From positions 1 through 64,000 of the IMG/VR virus record IMGVR_UViG_3300040810_000656: a stretch of 64,000 nucleotides of DNA; one strand, written 5' to 3'. The notes beneath the pieces are model-generated. The model was not told where the DNA came from and did not search any database. It worked only from the letters and a program-made list of their open reading frames with translations. The position numbers and the translations under genes are program-made. Positions 29,517 through 38,495 of the stretch are shown piece after piece (position 1 is the first letter of the stretch; each line of letters begins with the position of its first letter). Origin of the DNA: a virus.

Positions 29517-32426
29517 ATGGGAAGAAAATGTTTATGTTGTGGTTTAAGTAATTGTGAGGGAAAGACATATACCTTGTGGAAAGGAAGATTAGATTCTGTT
29601 TGTAATGAAGGTTCATCTGGAGGGCAGGGTCTTCAAGAAGACATCTATCTATATCCAGAGAGAGAAGGCTACATATGTTTGTCATATGATGCTCAAAGTA
29701 TACCAGATAGATTCATGGTGTATGTTGGGGGACAGCAAGTTGTTGATACTGGTCTTGTATCAGGTGTGGGCAGTGTAAGTTTTTTCAAACCACAAGGAGT
29801 CACTGAAGTAAAGGTTATTGTTGAAGCCCCATTAACAGGTACAGCATGGATATATACTTTATCTTGTTTAGAAATTATTGAAACAGGGACAGGATCAACA
29901 GATATAACTTTTTTTGCTGGCACTAGAAAAGGATGCATAGACATCCTTCCATGTCTTTCTGTGAGTAGCGACACATGCAGCGGGGCTAATGAATTGCTGC
30001 CACTTCAGTTTATTTTTCGTGATTGCGATAATTTAGATAAACAACCTTTTGCGACTGTAAATTGGACAATTGACCCTAATTACATCTATCATACAACATG
30101 TACTAAATTCGATGGCGATGTTAATAATCCAAAAAATTATTTTACAATATATAAACCAACTAATATATCAAAGGTATGCGTAACTGCCACATATCCAAAA
30201 GGTCCATATGAGATAGAGACAAGTATTGATTGCCCTAGAACATGTACAGATGACGATCCACCACCTCCTCCTCCTCCAGGTGATGATGATGATGATAGCC
30301 GCGACCCTAACCAGCCTCCTGACGGTGGTCCTGGCATACCTTGGAATCCAGATGATCCTGGTCAAGGTGGAAACGTTGATAATGGCGGCGGTTTTGCTCC
30401 ACCAGGAGGACGAAACGGTGGGTGGCCACCAAGAAATAATGGAGATTTTCGCCGTGGCTGGTGGGGAAATAACGGCACATGTTTTGTTAATGATTACAAT
30501 AATAGCGATGAGCCTTTGTCTTATTTAGCTTCGATTAGAACAGATACTTTTTTTACAAAAGAGCCACAGTGGATATTATTTGATCTAAACCGTGTTGCGG
30601 TAATTAATGACGCAGAAGCAAGATTTATAATAAAAATTTGTTTCAATCCAAACGCCGAAGAGAAGCCTATATCACGAAAAATAGTTATTGAGGGTTTTGA
30701 TCAAAATATGCAGAATGCACAAGAATTAGCGAGAAGAGACATCACTAACTTTAATCAAGTAGAAATATGTGAATGTGGAACTTTCACTAAGCCAGAAGGC
30801 ATAGTTAATATTTTTGTGTGGATATGGGAAGAGAATCCAGACGAAATTTCAGAACCCTTGGATATTTTGATTAGTAGAGAATTAGAGCCAGATACATACT
30901 GGCAACAGACATATCATGAAGTAGTATGGCACAACAAAGGAACGCAGGCCGGTGTAGTTAATTTTTATGCCTCTGTACATGCAGTGCCAGATGCTTTTTG
31001 CGAATGTCAAGGCGATTTTGATAATAATCCAATTACTTCAGAAGACAGTGCTGCTAGGGCTAGGTTTATAGTAGAAGATGTTAATAATGGCAATGTGTAT
31101 TTAGATTTTGAATTATCTTCAGATACAGATGATCCAAATTTTCCTGCTGGCTGCTCTGATCTTAACTCTAATAATAGCTTTAATGAAACACTAATAGAAT
31201 TTTTTAAAGAATTTGACGTTAGGTCTATTAAGGTAACAGTTAAATACACAAGAAATACTATATTCAGATATGTGTTGGGGTGCCCTAGAGATATGTGCTT
31301 GCAGCATTGTCCAGATTATCAAGGATTGCCGGAATCAATAAAGGTTACTATAGAAGGTAGTGATTATAATATGGTTCTTGGTCCATTGGGTCAGCAATTA
31401 ACTGCAACTTTCTTTCGGGTTGGAGGACCGCCGTTTATAACATGGACAGAAGTAGGTAGACCCACTGATCCATTTACGGATCAAATAGTATTGGGTTCAA
31501 TACAATATTATGCGACAGTATATTTTCCTGGTGGCTCTTGGAATGGGGAGCATGTACTTACTTTGAATGATTCAAAAACAGCATATGAAAGTAATTTAGC
31601 TGGTCCTCCTTTTTGTGATGCTACCGATATAGTGAATGGAGAGTCCAAAGGATCTAAAATGTCTTTAATGCTTGCTAATGGTTTTAGCTGTAGCCTGTTT
31701 CTTGAAAACATAAAAGTGTTTTATAGATGGGGCAAAACAAATAATGACATGCAGTGCGAAGTTGATATTAACCCCTGTGCTGGATATGTTTTAGCTCACT
31801 CTAGTCATGGTGACTCTTGGGCAATATCTTGTGACCAATTGTATAAAGGTCAAGAGGTTAATGTTTCATGGAATCTATTAGGTGCTAATAGGCAGAGTAT
31901 CTTAGACAATAATCTTTTTGTGAGTACTCTTGGCATAGGTCATAGAGCGTTTGATCCTCCTTTATTTCTTTATGATGGAAGGACTGACAATTCTTATCCA
32001 TGCTTGGAAAATAATGTAACGAGTGCAACATGCGGCGTGGGTCCAAGTCAATATCAGCCTCGTTATGGATGGGAGTGGCCCTACGCATATCGGCGGCATT
32101 ATGGTTGCATGAGAGGATGTGATAACCTATTCAATGACACATACGATAGATTTAAAACTGTGTGTTCAGGATTTAAAGAAAATTTTGATGTTGACAACTG
32201 GATTAACAGATGTCATTTAGGCAACGATGATTGGAATTATAATGATCCAAAAACTGTGCCTTGGGATTGCTTGAAGCCAGCTCCGTTTTTTCCTTGGTGG
32301 AACGAAGAAACAATGGGAGAGAAAGATCTATCAACTCTACCAGGAAAAAGGCGATATTTATCAAATTATGTATACGAGGAAGGTAATCCATATTTGGTTA
32401 TTAAGAAAGTTGAGGTTATAAATTAA
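29517..32426 (+). CDS. Cys-rich multidomain virion protein, possible receptor-binding/fibre protein
   Basis: ATG at 29517 (MGRKCLCC) behind AAGGA; four related beta-sandwich units and a poly-Pro/Asp/Gly linker. Confidence 0.6.
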   Translation: MGRKCLCCGLSNCEGKTYTLWKGRLDSVCNEGSSGGQGLQEDIYLYPEREGYICLSYDAQSIPDRFMVYVGGQQVVDTGLVSGVGSVSFFKPQGVTEVKVIVEAPLTGTAWIYTLSCLEIIETGTGSTDITFFAGTRKGCIDILPCLSVSSDTCSGANELLPLQFIFRDCDNLDKQPFATVNWTIDPNYIYHTTCTKFDGDVNNPKNYFTIYKPTNISKVCVTATYPKGPYEIETSIDCPRTCTDDDPPPPPPPGDDDDDSRDPNQPPDGGPGIPWNPDDPGQGGNVDNGGGFAPPGGRNGGWPPRNNGDFRRGWWGNNGTCFVNDYNNSDEPLSYLASIRTDTFFTKEPQWILFDLNRVAVINDAEARFIIKICFNPNAEEKPISRKIVIEGFDQNMQNAQELARRDITNFNQVEICECGTFTKPEGIVNIFVWIWEENPDEISEPLDILISRELEPDTYWQQTYHEVVWHNKGTQAGVVNFYASVHAVPDAFCECQGDFDNNPITSEDSAARARFIVEDVNNGNVYLDFELSSDTDDPNFPAGCSDLNSNNSFNETLIEFFKEFDVRSIKVTVKYTRNTIFRYVLGCPRDMCLQHCPDYQGLPESIKVTIEGSDYNMVLGPLGQQLTATFFRVGGPPFITWTEVGRPTDPFTDQIVLGSIQYYATVYFPGGSWNGEHVLTLNDSKTAYESNLAGPPFCDATDIVNGESKGSKMSLMLANGFSCSLFLENIKVFYRWGKTNNDMQCEVDINPCAGYVLAHSSHGDSWAISCDQLYKGQEVNVSWNLLGANRQSILDNNLFVSTLGIGHRAFDPPLFLYDGRTDNSYPCLENNVTSATCGVGPSQYQPRYGWEWPYAYRRHYGCMRGCDNLFNDTYDRFKTVCSGFKENFDVDNWINRCHLGNDDWNYNDPKTVPWDCLKPAPFFPWWNEETMGEKDLSTLPGKRRYLSNYVYEEGNPYLVIKKVEVIN

Positions 32427-32894
32427 ATGAATCATGTATTTTTAGGAAATGTTGGTTTTTCTAAAGACCAACTTCATGATGCAAAAATGGTTATAAATTG
32501 TGATATTGACTGCGATACAATGCGGTGTAAAATATGCAACGAGAGTATTGGTGGCTGCGATTGGAATAGAAACTGTAAAGTTAAAATGGCAAATTTGCCT
32601 AAAACGAATACCGAATCAACAAACAAGCAAAACAAAGTCAATGGCGGGCCTGGAACAGAATTAAAAAAACTTTTATCAAAAATAGGAATAAACTCAGAAG
32701 CTGGATGTGGATGTAATGATAGAGCTAAACATATAGACTTTATGGAAAACAAAGATCCAGGCTGGACAGAAAAAAATATAGAGAGCATAGTTGATTGGAT
32801 GCAATCAGAAGCAAAGAATAGAAAGCTGCCATTTTTAAGAATTGGAGCTAAAACACTAGTTAAGATAGCGATAAGAAACGCTAAAAAACAATGA
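32427..32894 (+). CDS. hypothetical Cys-rich phage protein
   Basis: 155 aa; GPGTELKKLL..IGI....CGCNDRA...W...NIESIVDW. Confidence 0.75.
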   Translation: MNHVFLGNVGFSKDQLHDAKMVINCDIDCDTMRCKICNESIGGCDWNRNCKVKMANLPKTNTESTNKQNKVNGGPGTELKKLLSKIGINSEAGCGCNDRAKHIDFMENKDPGWTEKNIESIVDWMQSEAKNRKLPFLRIGAKTLVKIAIRNAKKQ

Positions 32895-32898
32895 TTTT

Positions 32899-32908
32899 TG
32901 TGTATAAA
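32899..32908 (+). promoter_or_regulatory. candidate late promoter TGTGTATAAA
   Basis: Intergenic, 32 bp before the 32940 start. Confidence 0.7.
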
Positions 32909-32939
32909 CACATGACCCCACATTTTACAGGAGATTAAC

Positions 32940-33917
32940 ATGGCTGAAATTAGTTTTCAATTATTGGGTGCAACAACAATGGCACCTTCATTAACAACGC
33001 TATCTGGTTCTGGATTGGCGTTTTATGGTGCTAGTGCTGGATCTTCAGTGCAGATTGGCTCTTATCAAGAAAACACATACGTAGCTAATTCAGATGGAAG
33101 TATCTATAAAGATGCTACCACCAATATTAAATATGTTGCTTCAACTTACCCAAGTGGTAGATGTGTGGTTTCAGAGCAAGGTAATGATGATCTTGAAGTT
33201 GGGCTTTCTGGTGTTAAGTCTTATCAGTCTACTCTTGGTATTCAGTTTGGACATTCTACTCAAGTACAGGCACAGAATGTTCAGTTAAGAATTTATGACA
33301 GAAATAATATTAATTATCCTGCAAGTGGTGTGTTAACTAAAGTAGCTGAAATTATCAATCATAACGGTGTTAGTTTTGGTTCGCAAGGTCCAGCTGGTCA
33401 ATCTTCTGATGTCGTAGGAAGTGGTGACTTTTTCTGGTGGGGTGAGCCTTGGCCAGCTCAGTATGTCACTAAGAATTATTATACTAATAGCTCTGGTGAG
33501 GTATTTATTAATGGTTTAGATAGTGCGTCGAGAACAAATGGCGATTCAAGACTTGATGCTGCTGGCATTGCTGGATCATATGCTACAGTAGGTGGAACTG
33601 GAATTGTTGTTCCTCTAGTAAATTCTCCTGGTAGTGGACAGAAACAGCTTCAGCCTTCAGAAATTGCTGACAATAGCAATTCTATTCCAGGTATGATGTG
33701 GCCTAAATGGACTCAGTATGTGAAATCCGCTGATCAAGCAGCACTCATGGGTTCAGTAAATAGTTTTGGAGATGGTTCAGACACTAATATTGGTAGAACT
33801 TATGGAGGAACTGGTGTTGATACTCATCACACATGGGCTGTTGCACTATCATCTTCACCGCTTTCTATAGGTAGTAAAGAACAATTCGGGCTTTACGTGT
33901 CACTTGAGTACCTATAG
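32940..33917 (+). CDS. putative virion structural protein
   Basis: 325 aa G/S-rich, own candidate promoter and AGGAG RBS; last gene before terminator. Confidence 0.55.
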   Translation: MAEISFQLLGATTMAPSLTTLSGSGLAFYGASAGSSVQIGSYQENTYVANSDGSIYKDATTNIKYVASTYPSGRCVVSEQGNDDLEVGLSGVKSYQSTLGIQFGHSTQVQAQNVQLRIYDRNNINYPASGVLTKVAEIINHNGVSFGSQGPAGQSSDVVGSGDFFWWGEPWPAQYVTKNYYTNSSGEVFINGLDSASRTNGDSRLDAAGIAGSYATVGGTGIVVPLVNSPGSGQKQLQPSEIADNSNSIPGMMWPKWTQYVKSADQAALMGSVNSFGDGSDTNIGRTYGGTGVDTHHTWAVALSSSPLSIGSKEQFGLYVSLEYL

Positions 33918-33937
33918 AGTATTTTTGCTCAGTAATT

Positions 33938-33972
33938 AAAAGAAAACCCCGTGTTTTATCACGGGGTTTTTT
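33938..33972. terminator. bidirectional intrinsic terminator between convergent blocks
   Basis: AAAACCCCGTG-TTTTAT-CACGGGGTTTT perfect 11-bp inverted repeat with A-rich tract before and T-tract after. Confidence 0.92.
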
Positions 33973-33978
33973 ATTAAA

Positions 33979-34308
33979 CTACTCTATGGTTTTGGTTTTT
34001 GGGTTCCATTTAACCCATCCACCGTCTGGTAGCCAGTTTCCTTCAGCATCCTTACGTCTTGGAAACAATCCACCGCCCTTCTTATTTACGCCAAACCCAA
34101 GTCTAGCACCACAATCCAGACAGCGAAGCTCATAATATTCGTTTCCATCGTTTTCACGAACAACATAACGTAAATTATGAGATCCACACTTCCCGCAAGC
34201 TTCTACGCCAAAGACTTCTTCAAATGAAGCAATCTCCTTAAATAAATCTTTTTGTGTTTCTCCTTCAATCTCTACAGATAGACTACCGACTTTTTTTACG
34301 ACTTTCAT
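33979..34308 (-). CDS. zinc-ribbon protein
   Basis: 109 aa; CGKCG...RCLDCG. Confidence 0.75.
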   Translation of the reverse strand: MKVVKKVGSLSVEIEGETQKDLFKEIASFEEVFGVEACGKCGSHNLRYVVRENDGNEYYELRCLDCGARLGFGVNKKGGGLFPRRKDAEGNWLPDGGWVKWNPKTKTIE

Positions 34309-35072
34309 TCAGACCTCCAGTTGGTTTTATAGCCCATGATTCCATCTGGAATAGGCTTTTTCTTATTCTGATAGCTATTCAATACTCCTAGCATTTTAGA
34401 TGCTGTTTCTTTAGTTACATCATCTATACTCGCATAGAAATCAGTACCAGAGTTAATAAACTCCATAACATCAATATCTAGCTGTTTACATTTAGTGTCA
34501 ATAAAATTAGCTTGTGCTGGAGTAATAGAAACATCGCCCCGCCACTCACTGTCAACTTCTTTACCATGTTTAGCAACACTTTCTTTGACAATAGATTCAA
34601 TATCCTTCTTTCTTGTCAGTTCTTCTGCTGCTAGACAACGAATCTTGAGAGCTTTACGAAGAGCACGACCTTCTGCTCTTGTGCTTGCTGTTGCAACAGG
34701 GTGAGCACAGAATAAATCATCTGTATTACCATGCCACACATCTGCAACCTCTGAATATGTTCTTAGTTTGCCTGTTCCTTGCCAGTCAATAACTACCTCA
34801 AACACTACCGTGGCACGACCAGGACCATCCACGCATGTCGCTGGAAACACATGTGAAGGACGACTCACAATAATGTCACCAAGGACTTCTTCGGCAACAC
34901 GACGTAGACCAGCACAAGTTGGATTGCCGTCAAATAGTTCTCCTGGCTCAAATTTATTCATTACCCAATCATTCCATTCCTGAGAACCATAAATAGGAGA
35001 CATTTCACGAACTTCATCTTTAGTGCCAACTTCAATTTCGTTATCTTCCATGTCAAAAAACTTTTCAGCCAT
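34305..35072 (-). CDS. putative single-strand annealing protein (Rad52/Sak-like)
   Basis: Start at MAEKFF (35072) behind GGAG; ATASTRAEGRALRKAL helix and C-terminal ITPAQ..I...ASKML module typical of SSAPs. Confidence 0.5.
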   Translation of the reverse strand: MAEKFFDMEDNEIEVGTKDEVREMSPIYGSQEWNDWVMNKFEPGELFDGNPTCAGLRRVAEEVLGDIIVSRPSHVFPATCVDGPGRATVVFEVVIDWQGTGKLRTYSEVADVWHGNTDDLFCAHPVATASTRAEGRALRKALKIRCLAAEELTRKKDIESIVKESVAKHGKEVDSEWRGDVSITPAQANFIDTKCKQLDIDVMEFINSGTDFYASIDDVTKETASKMLGVLNSYQNKKKPIPDGIMGYKTNWRSE

Positions 35073-35076
35073 AGGT

Positions 35077-35859
35077 TTAATTCTCCAAAGATACTTCAAT
35101 TTCAACAAGACGGTTTTGCTTACTCTTATGAGTTGATATGTTATCAATCATTGGCTTGATTTTTGCCCACATCTTTTCTCCTACGGCACGGGTCATTTTA
35201 TTGCAGAGGTATTTTATTCTAATTACAGAATATCCTTTAGACATAAGTAGACCATTTTTCTTTGCGTCATATTCTATTACTTTTTTCAAGCGTTCTTCGC
35301 CCCATACAGGCTCAAAATGATGTCGTCCATCAATTTCAATGACTATTTTTAATGCGGGAAGAAATATATCTATTTCATAGTCTCCTGGTATTAGGTCTTT
35401 TTTATGTAAAAGCACATCATAATTTTCTTCTAGTAATCTTCTGCGTAGAAATTTTTCCGCCTTAGATCCCTCAACTCCAGCAAGACGTATGCCGCGAGCA
35501 GCAGCACTTTTGAGTTCTTGTTTTTCAAGTTCTGACTTGCTTTCCCATCTTTCTTTTGCACTTTGTGATATTGCTTCTTTTTGTTTTTTTGATAGCTTGC
35601 TCCATCTATCAGATATGCCAAGAGATATATTTTTCTTTTCTTGTTCAGTTCTTTTTTTGCCAGCCGTAGGATGTGACGCTGTTCCCTGTTCTAGTGCGAG
35701 TTTTTGCGTTTCACTCCTGTTTCGTAGTTGATGTCCGTTTTTTGCAACAATTCTTGAAATCTTTTTTGGATATGTGCCAACTTCCTTGGCTATATCGTTA
35801 GCACTTCTATTTTTGTTTACGTATTGATCTATTACGTATGCCTCATTTATTTTCGACAC
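35077..35859 (-). CDS. homing-endonuclease-like protein: HTH + NUMOD3-like repeats + Vsr/DUF559 nuclease
   Basis: GKKRTEQEKKNIS repeats; SKAE, YEIDIF, IVIEIDGRHH, YDAKKN..L...GYSVIRI. Confidence 0.75.
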   Translation of the reverse strand: MSKINEAYVIDQYVNKNRSANDIAKEVGTYPKKISRIVAKNGHQLRNRSETQKLALEQGTASHPTAGKKRTEQEKKNISLGISDRWSKLSKKQKEAISQSAKERWESKSELEKQELKSAAARGIRLAGVEGSKAEKFLRRRLLEENYDVLLHKKDLIPGDYEIDIFLPALKIVIEIDGRHHFEPVWGEERLKKVIEYDAKKNGLLMSKGYSVIRIKYLCNKMTRAVGEKMWAKIKPMIDNISTHKSKQNRLVEIEVSLEN

Positions 35860-36313
35860 TTTTTATTACTCCCATTAATGTTTCTAAGTCCCAATTATCT
35901 ATGATTGCTATAGGTTTTTTATTACAAAAATTGTCGATCATTTGAGCGTGTGATTCGCTTCTAGCTATAATATTTAATCTATCGTCTCTTAATATATCAC
36001 AATATTTAGTAAAATTATTAGGATTTCTCAGCCACTCTAAGTCCCATAGATAAAGAAATTTACGAGAAGCATTATTTGCTTTTAGGGTTATTTCTGCTTC
36101 TGCAATTGTTGTGGCGATAGTATTGTGATGATACCCAGAAAGAAATGCTATTGACCTACAAGAAAACATCGTTGGCACAATAGGGATTGCGGACCTTTGG
36201 AAAAAAATAGAAGCACATATGTTAGTAGCTGATAATGCCTTGTTAAACTCTTTGATTAGATAAAACGATTTTTGTGATGGTCCCAGGTTGTTAATGACTG
36301 CCGCTATATTCAT
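35843..36313 (-). CDS. glycosyltransferase-like fragment (single Rossmann domain)
   Basis: 156 aa; IATT, KFLYLWDLEW, IIARSESH resemble a GT-B N-domain. Confidence 0.4.
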   Translation of the reverse strand: MNIAAVINNLGPSQKSFYLIKEFNKALSATNICASIFFQRSAIPIVPTMFSCRSIAFLSGYHHNTIATTIAEAEITLKANNASRKFLYLWDLEWLRNPNNFTKYCDILRDDRLNIIARSESHAQMIDNFCNKKPIAIIDNWDLETLMGVIKSVENK

Positions 36314-37008
36314 TTGTATCCTCTTTTCTTAGCTAGAACCCAGCATTGACAACAGTTTTTAGGCTCATTTGTTACCCGTCCCTCGCTATCCTTTAATGCG
36401 TTATAATCAGGCCAGGATTGAGTTCTAAACATTTGTTCTATATACTTGTTATTGCCCCATTGCCCGAGATTGACAACATCAAAATCTGCCCTATGAAATA
36501 AAACAGCAAGTCCCATTGGGGTGAATCCACCAAAATGCACTGGAGTCATATGTGGAATATTAATTGTTGGAACGCTCGTAAACACGTATCCGCCAGCCTT
36601 GACGTTCTTAGAGATATTAGCCACAGCCAAATATGGATCATATAGATGCTCAAGAGTCTGGCTGAATATAAAGAAGTCAAATGGCTCATCCAGTATTGGT
36701 ATTTCATGTAGATCATACGATGGGTATGAGATAAACGTATGCTTACTATATTTAGTAGCAATGAATTCTAATTCTGGGTCTTCTTGGCATGTAAACCCTA
36801 AATGCTCACCAGACATATCTTTGGTCCACTCAATAAAGTCAAGAATACACCATGTCCTTGGAAAATCGTGGCCGTCCCATTGACGATTTTTATTCCATCC
36901 ACCAGTTTCTTTTTGCCCTGGAAATGGTGGCAGCTTTTCCCATTTAGTAAAGTATTCTGGTCTTGGGGCTGTTTGATTATAAAGATCGTAAATTTCTTTC
37001 TCTGTCAT
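36310..37008 (-). CDS. class I SAM-dependent methyltransferase
   Basis: FDFFIFSQTLEHLYDP...VKAGGYVFTSVP. Confidence 0.75.
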   Translation of the reverse strand: MTEKEIYDLYNQTAPRPEYFTKWEKLPPFPGQKETGGWNKNRQWDGHDFPRTWCILDFIEWTKDMSGEHLGFTCQEDPELEFIATKYSKHTFISYPSYDLHEIPILDEPFDFFIFSQTLEHLYDPYLAVANISKNVKAGGYVFTSVPTINIPHMTPVHFGGFTPMGLAVLFHRADFDVVNLGQWGNNKYIEQMFRTQSWPDYNALKDSEGRVTNEPKNCCQCWVLAKKRGYK

Positions 37009-37682
37009 TGGATGGAACTCCTAAATTCTGTTCCGCTTAACTGTCCGCAAAGCTTTGGGTAACAATGCCATACGCTCATATCGAGCTTCTCAAAAAAATA
37101 ATTCAATTGCCAATCCAGCGGAAGGCAGAATCCCATCATGTCATATAACTTAGATAGCTTTTCCGCTGTTGGCCTAGAATATACTATTGATGATGTCGTG
37201 TTTGTAGATGGATGACCAGCTCGAAAATAATTTCTATATATTTCTTTTACGTTAAAGAAATCTATATTGAGCGGTCCACCAAGAAATAAAACATCAAAAT
37301 CTGGTGCTTCATCAATGACTTGCTGCATACTTATGTTATAGTGAAAGTTTACATCGTCTTCTAATATTAAAGCATGATCTAATTCAGAAGATAGAAATAA
37401 ATCTATTGCTTGGAAGTGTTTAAGTATCAATGATATTTCTGAGTTTTTTAGTGTTGTTTGTTCAATCCTGTCTATCCCGAGCTTTCTGACGCTAGGCTCT
37501 ACTGCCACATGAAAATAATCGGATTCTGTTATGTAGTTTGTTGTATCTTCACCAGTTAGTGAGTCTCCGTCAAAATCTGTTATAAACTTAGCGTCATTAA
37601 TGCCAAGCTTATTAAGCTCCATTTCTATATGTGGCTTACGTTCTGTTAATTTAGTATAATGTGGAATATATGTGTCAAACAT
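37005..37682 (-). CDS. glycosyltransferase family 25
   Basis: ERKPHI, SEISLILKH, ALILEDDV, PLDW. Confidence 0.8.
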   Translation of the reverse strand: MFDTYIPHYTKLTERKPHIEMELNKLGINDAKFITDFDGDSLTGEDTTNYITESDYFHVAVEPSVRKLGIDRIEQTTLKNSEISLILKHFQAIDLFLSSELDHALILEDDVNFHYNISMQQVIDEAPDFDVLFLGGPLNIDFFNVKEIYRNYFRAGHPSTNTTSSIVYSRPTAEKLSKLYDMMGFCLPLDWQLNYFFEKLDMSVWHCYPKLCGQLSGTEFRSSIQ

Positions 37683-38494
37683 CAGTCCTCCATCTTTGAT
37701 TTGATATAATTTGCCAATCCGCGAGGCGAGCAGTATTTATTATGCCAAGTATATGCTTTTTCAGAAGCGTTATGCATGTTAACATTGGACATAGTGTTAT
37801 CAATTACTTTCTCTACGTCTGACCAATTAGAAATCTTGACATATGGTGCTTCATTATAGAATAGCACTTTTGGTAAATCAATACCTACAACAATACAGCC
37901 ACACATCATAGCCTCAAAGAATCTAAACGTCTCATAACTAGCAGAGCCACATGGAACTAATGCTATTTTGGTATTGTTCAGAATCTCAGAATATTCTTCT
38001 TTTGAAACACCATTATTCCACCCCGTATACCAATCACATTTAAACTTATAGGCTGTGTTATTACAGAGCCTGTCAACAGCCATTTTAAAATCAACACGGC
38101 GATATGGGTCAAATTGGCCCATCCAGCACCAATCGTATTCTCTGCTATCTATTGGAGTATTCGTATTAACAACACCATTAAGATGACATAGAGGTATACC
38201 ATGTACCTGACGATGATATACAACAGTATTTACATCCCGCATGTTTGTCATTGGGTGATATTGTTTAAATACGTATTTTACCCTTGGATCATCAATACAT
38301 TCTGGTACTTGATGCGTTTCATCTGAGGTTGAGATAAATATGATTGGAAACCTAGTATCTGTTGGAAGAGGCTTATTCCAGTTATTAATCACATAAGAAT
38401 ATCTAGTGGGTAATTCATCTGCTAGAATTCTTGCTGCCGCCTCATAAACATGATCGTCGCCATTGCCTTTGGCAAGATTTATTACTTCTGACAT
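37682..38494 (-). CDS. exostosin/GT47-like glycosyltransferase
   Basis: Start MSEVIN (38494); YSEILNNTKIALVPCGSASYETFRFFEAMMCGCI. Confidence 0.7.
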   Translation of the reverse strand: MSEVINLAKGNGDDHVYEAAARILADELPTRYSYVINNWNKPLPTDTRFPIIFISTSDETHQVPECIDDPRVKYVFKQYHPMTNMRDVNTVVYHRQVHGIPLCHLNGVVNTNTPIDSREYDWCWMGQFDPYRRVDFKMAVDRLCNNTAYKFKCDWYTGWNNGVSKEEYSEILNNTKIALVPCGSASYETFRFFEAMMCGCIVVGIDLPKVLFYNEAPYVKISNWSDVEKVIDNTMSNVNMHNASEKAYTWHNKYCSPRGLANYIKSKMED

Positions 38495-38495
38495 A

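Noticed and set aside
16550-32426. Diversity-generating retroelement acting on tail-tip genes
   Set aside because: No reverse transcriptase and no near-identical TR/VR pair seen; the paralogs are diverged throughout
32474-32941. 155-aa antisense ORF overlapping 32427..32894
   Set aside because: Mirror frame of a gene that fits the + strand operon; no recognisable motifs
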